DNA of 64,000 nucleotides from an uncultured Candidatus Binatia bacterium (GTDB lineage Bacteria; Desulfobacterota; Binatia; UBA9968; JAJDTQ01): NCBI GenBank assembly GCA_964291295.2, contig OZ219754.1, positions 2,144,001 to 2,208,000 of the forward strand, read 5' to 3'. Shown piece by piece: positions 56,702 to 64,000 of this stretch (position 1 is its first letter; each line of letters starts with the position of its first letter). The notes under the pieces were generated by a model. It saw only the letters and a program-made list of their open reading frames with translations, ran no database searches and was not told where the DNA came from. The position numbers and the translations under genes were made by a program.

Positions 56702-57604
56702 CTACGCGCCGGGTTCCGGCCGGGCCGCCGGGGGAGTGTCTTCCAGGCAACCCATCTGTGACAACACGGTGCACGACATCAGGCTGCCGCGTTCACCCAA
56801 TTGACTCGAAACCGAAAAGTGGTGGGTTCCGGGGACTTCCAGATAGCGGCAGTCGACGCCCCGCTCCCGGCAGAGGGCGAAGAAGTCCCTGGACATGCCG
56901 ATCCACCCGCGGGTTTCCGCTCCGCCCACCGCCACCACCAGCGGCGTCCGGTCCCGGGGCGGGTGGCGCATGGCACTGATCTCCCGGGCGGTATCGGGCG
57001 TCAGGCGGATATCCTCGTTGGTCGAGATGTGGAAGACCGGGTCCGCATCGTAAACGCCGGTGATCGCCACCGCGCCCTTGAGGATGTCTTCGGGCAGGCC
57101 GTCCTCCTCCCAGGGGTGGCTCAGGGCCCGGGCCGTCAGATGTCCGCCGGCGGAGGACCCCGACAGGTAGAGTCGTTGCGGATTGCCGCCGTACTCCGCG
57201 ATGTGGCGATAGACCCAAGCGATGCCCTGCCGGGTCTCGCGCATGATGTCGGGCACGGTGACCTGCGGGCAGAGGTCGTATTCCAGCAGCACCAGGGTGG
57301 CCCCCGCCTCGACGAACGGTTCGGCAAGGAAGCTGCAGGCGTCCTTGCTGCCGCCGCGCCAGTAGCCGCCGTGGATGTAAATCTGCACCGGGGCCCCGGA
57401 CTGCCGGGCCGGGAAGATGTCCAGTCGCATCCCGGGTCCGTCGCCGTAGCGCACGTCTCGAAAGTGCCGGAGTTTCGCCCGGGTGGTCTCGCTGGCCTGC
57501 TCCCGTTCCACCGCCAGTTGCGCATGGTCGGTGACGGTGACCCGTGGATTGAACTGGTACTCCATTTCCTCCCGTCTGAAGTCCTTGTAGACCGTTTCCG
57601 CCAT
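56702..57604 (-). CDS. Arylformamidase-like alpha/beta hydrolase
   Basis: YIHGGYWR, YDLCP, GSSAGGHL, HHF. Confidence 0.88.
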   Translation of the reverse strand: MAETVYKDFRREEMEYQFNPRVTVTDHAQLAVEREQASETTRAKLRHFRDVRYGDGPGMRLDIFPARQSGAPVQIYIHGGYWRGGSKDACSFLAEPFVEAGATLVLLEYDLCPQVTVPDIMRETRQGIAWVYRHIAEYGGNPQRLYLSGSSAGGHLTARALSHPWEEDGLPEDILKGAVAITGVYDADPVFHISTNEDIRLTPDTAREISAMRHPPRDRTPLVVAVGGAETRGWIGMSRDFFALCRERGVDCRYLEVPGTHHFSVSSQLGERGSLMSCTVLSQMGCLEDTPPAARPEPGA

Positions 57605-57878
57605 GGGAACTCCCCCGTCGATGCTCCTCGACCGCGCCCGCGCTGCCGGGATCCCGAGTACGCGTGACCAGTCCTGCATAGCAGATTCGTTGGCGTGGCG
57701 CGAGGTTTTCCGTCCGGCGCGGTGCGGGATCGCGTGTGGTTCCGGAGGTTCTGCCGGTGGTGGCGTTCCGGCGGCACTCCTCCGTCAACCGTCGGCTTCA
57801 CGGATCGACAGGACCGTTGCACCGCGCGAGCGGGCAGGGTGGCTTGCCAACCGGCGGAGCATGCCGTAAGCAGACGCC

Positions 57879-59207
57879 ATGAGCGTCACGAGTTGCGCGG
57901 AGCGGCGCGGAGTGTTCTCGGAGCGGATGGGGGAGGGCGTGGCGATTATCGCGGCCGCCCCCCAGGCCACCCGATCGAACGATGTGGAATACCGGTACCG
58001 GCAGGACAGCGACCTCCTGTATCTGACCGGATTCCCGGAACCCGACTGCCTGTGCGTGTTGTCGCCGCGGCACGAGCGGGAGCGTTTCATCCTGTTCGTG
58101 CAGCCCCGGGACCCGGCCAAGGAGACCTGGACCGGAAAGCGGTATGGCGTCGACGGCGCCCGCGGCGTGTTCGGCGCGGATGGCGCCTATACCATCGAAC
58201 GGGTTCGGGAGATCCTGCCGGCACACCTGGCGCAGACCGATACGGTCTACTTTGCACCGGGCCGGGACGAGCGCATGAATGCGCTGATCCGGGAGCTGAT
58301 CGACGGCAGCAGGCTGGCGCGGGCACGTACCGGGCGGGGGGTGGTGTCGGTGGTGGACCCGGCGTCGATCCTGCACGAGATGCGGCTCCGCAAGTCGGCG
58401 GAGGAACTGGCCCTCATGCGCAAGGCCGCGGCCGCCTCCGCCCGCGCCCATGTGGCGGCCATGAAAGCGGTTCGGGACGGAACCTTCGAGTACGAGCTGG
58501 AGGCGCTGGTGGATTATCACTTCCGCTCGGCGGGCGGTTCGGGCGCGGCCTATCCGTCCATCGTGGCCTCCGGCGCCAACGCGACCATCCTCCACTACAC
58601 CCGGAACGACCGCCGCATGCGTGACGGGGAACTCGTGCTCATCGACGCCGGTGCGGAATTCGACGGCTACTGTTCGGACGTCACGCGTACTTTTCCGGTG
58701 GGCGCGGCCTATTCCCCGCCTCAGCGGCGGGTCTACGAGATCGTCCTGCGGGCACAGAAGGAAGGCATCGCCGCGGTTCGGCCCGGGGCGTCCATGGAGG
58801 ACATCCACCGCAGGGCCACCGAGGTGCTGGTGGAGGGCCTGCTGCGCATCGGGTTGCTGTCGGGAGATGCCGGAAGTCTCATCGAGAAGGGCGAGCATGC
58901 CCGCTTCTACATGCACCGGACCGGACACTGGCTGGGCCTGGACGTGCACGATGTGGGCCGGTACCGGGTGGACGGCGCCTCACGGCCGCTGGAGCCGGGA
59001 ATGGTCCTGACCGTCGAGCCGGGTCTCTATATCGGCGAAGACCTGGAGGACGTGAGCGGCGGCTACCGCGGCATCGGCGTCCGCATCGAGGACGACGTGC
59101 TGGTCACCGAGGGGGGACACGAGGTGCTGTCAGGCGCCATCCCCAAGGACGTCGAGGCCATCGAGGCCATCCGGCGCGAGGCGCTGGCCACCCGGCGCTC
59201 CTGCTGA
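57879..59207 (+). CDS. pepP: Xaa-Pro aminopeptidase
   Basis: YRQDSDLLYLTG, LIDAG, SDVTRT, HRTGHWLGLDVHD, TVEPG, GVRIEDD. Confidence 0.95.
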   Translation: MSVTSCAERRGVFSERMGEGVAIIAAAPQATRSNDVEYRYRQDSDLLYLTGFPEPDCLCVLSPRHERERFILFVQPRDPAKETWTGKRYGVDGARGVFGADGAYTIERVREILPAHLAQTDTVYFAPGRDERMNALIRELIDGSRLARARTGRGVVSVVDPASILHEMRLRKSAEELALMRKAAAASARAHVAAMKAVRDGTFEYELEALVDYHFRSAGGSGAAYPSIVASGANATILHYTRNDRRMRDGELVLIDAGAEFDGYCSDVTRTFPVGAAYSPPQRRVYEIVLRAQKEGIAAVRPGASMEDIHRRATEVLVEGLLRIGLLSGDAGSLIEKGEHARFYMHRTGHWLGLDVHDVGRYRVDGASRPLEPGMVLTVEPGLYIGEDLEDVSGGYRGIGVRIEDDVLVTEGGHEVLSGAIPKDVEAIEAIRREALATRRSC

Positions 59208-59268
59208 TGCGGGCGGAGGCCGCCGGCGCGCCGTCGACCTCCACCCCTTGACCTCCAACCCCTCCCGC

Positions 59269-59454
59269 TCACTCGCAGCCGAGGCAGCGGATGGTCTCGA
59301 AGAGAACCTTCTCGTCGCCGGCGGTGCGTGCGTGGTCCAGCACGACTCGAAGGGCCTTTGACGGATCGGGAAGCTGATACTTTCCGGCCATGGCTTCCAG
59401 CCAGTCCAGTTGTCCCTGCTCGATCTCCAGGCTCGCGTTGATCCTGTTCTTCAT
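59269..59454 (-). CDS. Small hypothetical protein (ribbon-helix-helix-like, C-terminal CxxC)
   Basis: 61 aa; AAAGGGG RBS; PSKALRVVLD, IRCLGC. Confidence 0.65.
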   Translation of the reverse strand: MKNRINASLEIEQGQLDWLEAMAGKYQLPDPSKALRVVLDHARTAGDEKVLFETIRCLGCE

Positions 59455-59491
59455 TTGAAACCCCTTTCGGTTCCTTTCCGGACGGTCGCCT

Positions 59492-61681
59492 TCACGGACG
59501 CCCCGCCCACCTGTCCAGCTCTTCCAGCAAGGTCATGCCCGGCTCGTCACGCCAGTCGCGGCAGAGACCGGCCAGGGAGTGCTTGAGCGCGGGCAGCGGA
59601 TCGGCCGCCGGAGTCAGGAACGCCGTTTCGGCGCGAAGCCAGTCCAGAAGCGGATCCAGGCCGGCGAACCTTCCGCCCCGCAAGGCATCATGAAGGCGCG
59701 GTACCGTCTCTCCGGCAAAACGTTGCTTGTGGTCCAGGTCGATGATGTCCGGGAGCCGCAGTGCGGCGTCGTCGAGCGAGACGCCGATATGCGACAGCAA
59801 CTCGTTGTAGATTGCCCGCGCCACCCGGTTCGCCTTGCTTCGCACCTCTTCAAGCAGGTCCGTTCCGGCGGCGTCAAGGGGTTCGTCGTCCGGCAGCAGT
59901 TGACAGTACAGCTTCAGCTTGGGCTCCGTGCCCGACGGCCGGACGGTGATGACGAAATGGTCGGTACGGGCCTGCAGCAGGTTCCGCGGCAACCGATCGG
60001 TGTCACTGGCGAAAGCGCCGAAGCGTCCCGGGTCCCAGTAGTCGACGAAACTCCGAACCGCATGTCCCGCGAGCTCCCGGGGGGGCGCTTCCCTGAGGGC
60101 GGCCATGATGCGCTCCTTCCGGCGCGCCCCTTCCGCTCCCGCCAGGGTGATGCCGCGGTTGACGTTGTCGTAGCACCCCAGTTCCCGGAGCATGCCGGCG
60201 TAGTAGTCCAGCAGGGTCCGGTCCTCGTCCAGCAGGCGCTGGTAGAGTCCCGCCAGCACCATGCACGCGGGGGTGGCGTCCTTGTCCCGGATCCCCGGGG
60301 CCATGACCACGCCGTGGCTCTCCTCGGCCGCGATCACGAGGTCCTCGGGCGCGCAGGCGACGTCCCGGTAGCGGCCGGACCGCTCCAGGATCTTGAGCAC
60401 GTGGGCCACATGTTTGAACCCCACCAGCAGGTCGTCGATGAGCCACGAATCCCCCGCCTCGGCCGCGATCCTTCCCAGCAGCCGGGTGGTCACCAGGGTC
60501 TCCATCACCAGCCCCCGGCGTTGCGGTCCCCGGGGGTCGAGCATGAGATGGTGGCAGAGGATGGCGGCGATCTGGTTGCCGTCGAAGTGGTACCAGGAGC
60601 CGTCGGCAAGGCGGGCCTCCAGGCCGACGCGGTCGGCGTCGGGATCGCTGGAAAGGACGATGCCTGCGCCTTGCCGGTCGGCGAATTCCCGGGCCGGCAG
60701 GGTGGCGTGGGGCACCTCCGGGTTGGGCGCCTTGAAGGGAATGGCCGAGAAGCTGCCGTCCAGGCCCTGGTCCGGAGGGATCCGCAGCGTGAAGCCGAGC
60801 CGTTCCAGCACCTCCTTGACCGTGTTCACGCCGCAGCCGCACAAGGGGGTGTAGACCACCGGCGCATCCGCCCTGGGCGGATGGAGGCCGCCGTAGAGGC
60901 GGACGTAGGTGTCGACGTAGGCGGTTCGGAGGCCCTCCGGCAACGGGCGGATCATCCCCGACCGGAGCCCCTCCCCGAAGGGGACGGTGCGCACCTCGGC
61001 GGCCTGTTCCATGGCCTCCACCAGCTGCTGGTCCTCTGGGGCGACGGGCTGGCCGCCCCAGGCGTCGTAGACCTTGATGCCGTTGTCGTCCGGAGGGTTG
61101 TGGGACGCCGACACGTTGACGCCGCCGTCGCTGCCCAACTGGACGATGAAGAAGGACAGCTCCGGGGTGCTGGTTACCGCGTGATCGTCTTCAGGCCTCG
61201 CCAGGTGGGCGACGATGTCGTTGGCGGCGTAGATGCCGCACGCCAGCCGAGCCAGGGAGCGGGAGGAGACCCCCCGCAGGGGATGGTCCGGACCCAGGAA
61301 CCGGTACACGCCGGCGTTGTCGGCAAAGACGCGGACATCGTTGGCCACCACCACGCTCAGCGGCCGGCCGGGAAAGTTGTCCTTGAGGTAGTCGGAATGG
61401 CCCTGGGCGGTCATGGCGACGGTCGCCGGATTCATCCGGTTGGGGCCGTAGCCCATGGGACCGCGCCGCCCGCCGGTACCGAAGGGCAGCACCTGACGAA
61501 AGGCGTCGAACACGAGCGCCGGACTGCCGGCTTCCAGGTGCCGGTGGATGATCTCCGGTGCGGCGTAGGGGATCGCGCCGCTCGTCCAGAGCCGCAACTG
61601 AGCGGCCGCCTCGTGGCCGGCCGCTCCGTAGCGGTCCGCCAGCAGCGCGGACATTCGCTCGAGCCGCGCGGGGTCGGTCAT
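59492..61681 (-). CDS. Phosphoglucomutase/phosphomannomutase family protein
   Basis: FGTGGRRG, SASHNPPDDNGIKVY, DPDADR, EESHG, RPSGTEPKLK. Confidence 0.93.
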   Translation of the reverse strand: MTDPARLERMSALLADRYGAAGHEAAAQLRLWTSGAIPYAAPEIIHRHLEAGSPALVFDAFRQVLPFGTGGRRGPMGYGPNRMNPATVAMTAQGHSDYLKDNFPGRPLSVVVANDVRVFADNAGVYRFLGPDHPLRGVSSRSLARLACGIYAANDIVAHLARPEDDHAVTSTPELSFFIVQLGSDGGVNVSASHNPPDDNGIKVYDAWGGQPVAPEDQQLVEAMEQAAEVRTVPFGEGLRSGMIRPLPEGLRTAYVDTYVRLYGGLHPPRADAPVVYTPLCGCGVNTVKEVLERLGFTLRIPPDQGLDGSFSAIPFKAPNPEVPHATLPAREFADRQGAGIVLSSDPDADRVGLEARLADGSWYHFDGNQIAAILCHHLMLDPRGPQRRGLVMETLVTTRLLGRIAAEAGDSWLIDDLLVGFKHVAHVLKILERSGRYRDVACAPEDLVIAAEESHGVVMAPGIRDKDATPACMVLAGLYQRLLDEDRTLLDYYAGMLRELGCYDNVNRGITLAGAEGARRKERIMAALREAPPRELAGHAVRSFVDYWDPGRFGAFASDTDRLPRNLLQARTDHFVITVRPSGTEPKLKLYCQLLPDDEPLDAAGTDLLEEVRSKANRVARAIYNELLSHIGVSLDDAALRLPDIIDLDHKQRFAGETVPRLHDALRGGRFAGLDPLLDWLRAETAFLTPAADPLPALKHSLAGLCRDWRDEPGMTLLEELDRWAGRP

Positions 61682-61768
61682 CTCGTGGGGTCCATGGAAC
61701 GGATTCCGGGTCTGCTTGTCCGCACCGCACGCCGGGCTTCGGGCGAGCGGCGCGGACAAGGTCCAGCG

Positions 61769-61798
61769 AAAAAAGGCGGCCCCGGAAGGCCGCCTTTT
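61769..61798 (-). terminator. Intrinsic (possibly bidirectional) terminator after the UbiD gene
   Basis: AAAAAAGGCGGCC-CCGGAA-GGCCGCCTTTT. Confidence 0.85.
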
Positions 61799-61813
61799 CG
61801 CTGCCGGCAAGTG

Positions 61814-63388
61814 TTACCGGCCGGTGCGGGCCAGCGAGTGGACCCAGCCGTGCATGCGGGACTTGGCGTTGGCGATGTCCTTGTCGCTGAAGAAGTGCTT
61901 GAGGTCCACCTTCTCCACCGCATAGACCGGGCGCAGGAAGTCGCTCTCGTAACCGAACGGCACCGTGGCGTCGATGCCCATGCCGCCCTCGAACACGGTG
62001 TTGGAAGCGGTCCACTGGCGGTCGCCGGCGGTCATGCGCTCAGCCGGCATGAAGGTCTGGCCGCGCCCGCCCGGAATCGGATTGAGGATGTCGGTCTTGG
62101 GATTCACCCGGGTGGTCAGGCACCACATGATGTCGTCCATGTCGTAGATGTCCGTGTCCTCGCTGGCCGCCACCACCAGGCGGGAGCCCTGGGAGGTGGA
62201 CAGGATGGCGGACATGAAGTTTCGCTGCCAGCCTTCCTCGATGCGGTTGCGCTTCTTGACCTGGATGATGGCACCGCCCCAGTCCGTCATGCAATAGGGA
62301 ATGTTCACGTCCTGGATGATGCCGGGCTGCATGCGCTCGCAAAGCAGGTACATGCAGGCCTCGCGCACGGTGGTGTCGATGTTGTGGTCGTCCAGGGTAT
62401 GGACCCCCAGCGGGAAGATGATGGGCTTGCCTTCGCGCTTGCGGGTGGTGACCGCGGTCACATGGAAGGTGGGCGCCTTGTAGGCCTTGCCCATGTAGCC
62501 GGCCCATTCCGGATGGAAGTGGAAGCGGCCCTGGATGTCCGCCTGCTCCGATTCGGCGGTCTCGTAGCGGCGGTCCCGCGGGTTCACGTAGCCTTCCAGC
62601 ACCACTTCGCAGTCGGCCAGGGCCAGGGCGTCGACGGTTCTGGCCTTGACCACGCGCACCGGCGAACCCTGTACCGCACCGGCCACACCCAGTTCGTCAC
62701 AGCCCTGGGGCAGCACCACGTAGTCGAAGCCGGCCCCCGCCAGCAGCGTGCAGGAGGGCGGCACCCCGAAGCACATGGTGATGGGAACGGGCTTGTCCGC
62801 CTTGTAGTATTTGGACACCACCTGCCACATGTGTGATCCGGGCGAGATCTGGAAGGTCGCCACGTTGCCCCAGCGGAAGTTCATGCGATTGTAGCCGAGG
62901 TCGGTGCCGCCATCGAAGTGCTCGCCGGAGATGAGCCGGTTGCCCGAGCCCACCGTGAGTTCCGGCTCGTACTCGGTGTGGCGGATGGGCAGCATGTACT
63001 CGTTGACTTCCTTGGGGTCCTTGATGATCTCCTCGTGCACCGGCGCCTGTTCGGAGCTCACCTCCATCGGCGGCAGCGGGTTCTTGATGGCGTCCGCGAG
63101 CTTGCGCGTGCGGTCGGTGTGGCTCTCCCAGCCGAACATCTTGTTGATGACGCCCATGTCGCCGAACAGGTTCGTGACCGCCCGGTGATACGGCTTGTCC
63201 TTGACGTTGTTGAACAGGATCGGACAGCCGCCGTCGAGGTTTTTCTGAATCGCGGTGATCTCCAGGTCGGGATCGACCTCCCTGTCGGTCTCGATCAGGT
63301 CGCCCTCGGCCTTGAGCCACTCCAGCGCGTTGCGCAGATCCTGTATCTGCTCAGCCGCGGCTCCGACTTTCCTTGCTGCTTTGGCCAT
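61814..63388 (-). CDS. UbiD-family decarboxylase of the phthaloyl-CoA decarboxylase (Pcd/PhtDa) type
   Basis: GYNRMNFRWGNV.TFQISPGSHMWQV, QGRFHFHPEWAGYMGKAYKAPTFHVTA, IEEGWQRNF, GQTFMPAERMT and the C-terminus SLARTGR match my recollection of Pcd sequences; GAGGAG RBS. Confidence 0.85.
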   Translation of the reverse strand: MAKAARKVGAAAEQIQDLRNALEWLKAEGDLIETDREVDPDLEITAIQKNLDGGCPILFNNVKDKPYHRAVTNLFGDMGVINKMFGWESHTDRTRKLADAIKNPLPPMEVSSEQAPVHEEIIKDPKEVNEYMLPIRHTEYEPELTVGSGNRLISGEHFDGGTDLGYNRMNFRWGNVATFQISPGSHMWQVVSKYYKADKPVPITMCFGVPPSCTLLAGAGFDYVVLPQGCDELGVAGAVQGSPVRVVKARTVDALALADCEVVLEGYVNPRDRRYETAESEQADIQGRFHFHPEWAGYMGKAYKAPTFHVTAVTTRKREGKPIIFPLGVHTLDDHNIDTTVREACMYLLCERMQPGIIQDVNIPYCMTDWGGAIIQVKKRNRIEEGWQRNFMSAILSTSQGSRLVVAASEDTDIYDMDDIMWCLTTRVNPKTDILNPIPGGRGQTFMPAERMTAGDRQWTASNTVFEGGMGIDATVPFGYESDFLRPVYAVEKVDLKHFFSDKDIANAKSRMHGWVHSLARTGR

Positions 63389-63630
63389 TTCCAACTCCTC
63401 TTGTGTGATTTGCGATGGATTCGTTCCGCGTCCCGGCCCCGTGCGTGTGAGTGACTCCCTGACCGCCACCGGCGGCCTGCCGGTGGCGAACGCTTCCTCA
63501 ACACTGCAAAGGACACTGCAAAGGAACTCGTCGGGGAACCCTGCACTCGCGGGATGCACTCGCGAGCGGAGTCTGCCCACACTAGCCAAAGGCCAGTACG
63601 CTGTCAACCTTCGGTTTGAGCCAGCGGCCT

Positions 63631-64000
63631 TCACGCGGGGGCGGGGTGGGAGCGCCGCTTCCATGCCATGCACGCGTGGATGCTCAGATAGGCCACGGTG
63701 AAGGATGCCAGCCCCAGAATCCAGGCGTACCGGTAGGACCCGGTGACGTCAAAGACGTAGCCGCCGAACCACGATCCGGCCGCCACGCCGATGCCGAAGG
63801 TGATCTCCAGCCATCCGAAGATGGTGGCGACGTTCCTGCCGCCGAAGATGTCGGCGATGGTGGAGCCGAAGGTCGGATTGCCGGAGCTGTGGCCGACGCC
63901 GTAGAGGACGGCGAAGGCCGCGAACCACCCGGCGGGGGCGCCGTCGTGCAGCGCCATGAGCACACCGACTCCGGCCAGAGTGAAAAGGGTGCCGAGGAGG
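63631..64000 (-). CDS. MFS transporter (3' part; starts beyond the window)
   Basis: IADIFGGRNVATIFG, GSWFGGYVFDVTGSY. Confidence 0.85.
   Translation of the reverse strand, partial: LLGTLFTLAGVGVLMALHDGAPAGWFAAFAVLYGVGHSSGNPTFGSTIADIFGGRNVATIFGWLEITFGIGVAAGSWFGGYVFDVTGSYRYAWILGLASFTVAYLSIHACMAWKRRSHPAPA

Overview
GC-rich bacterial chromosomal segment of about 50 genes. I recognised no rRNA, tRNA or CRISPR array. Housekeeping and metabolic genes include ileS-lspA, metH, cobQ with a BtuFCD-like ABC importer, pepP, ppk2, a phosphohexomutase, a TAXI-TRAP transporter, a class III CoA-transferase pair, two UbiD decarboxylases (one phthaloyl-CoA-decarboxylase-like) and an orphan eutA. A MoxR/DUF58/vWA operon is split by a 6.4 kb opposite-strand block that ends in an ABC-ATPase/TOPRIM (OLD-like) gene. 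Two decayed same-orientation IS copies bracket a TbpB-barrel surface lipoprotein and a broken Slam/DUF560 gene. A 170 bp MITE flanked by CTAG lies at 39.0-39.2 kb. The best candidate for an undescribed system is a four-gene minus-strand cluster at 23.2-26.7 kb. It encodes a 133-aa peptide (a (Gly-Cys)7-led tract of 14 Cys, an acidic linker and a Cys-clamped glycine zipper), a 4-TM membrane protein, a HlyD adaptor and an Fe(II)/2-oxoglutarate dioxygenase. All family assignments come from motif recognition by eye, not from database searches.
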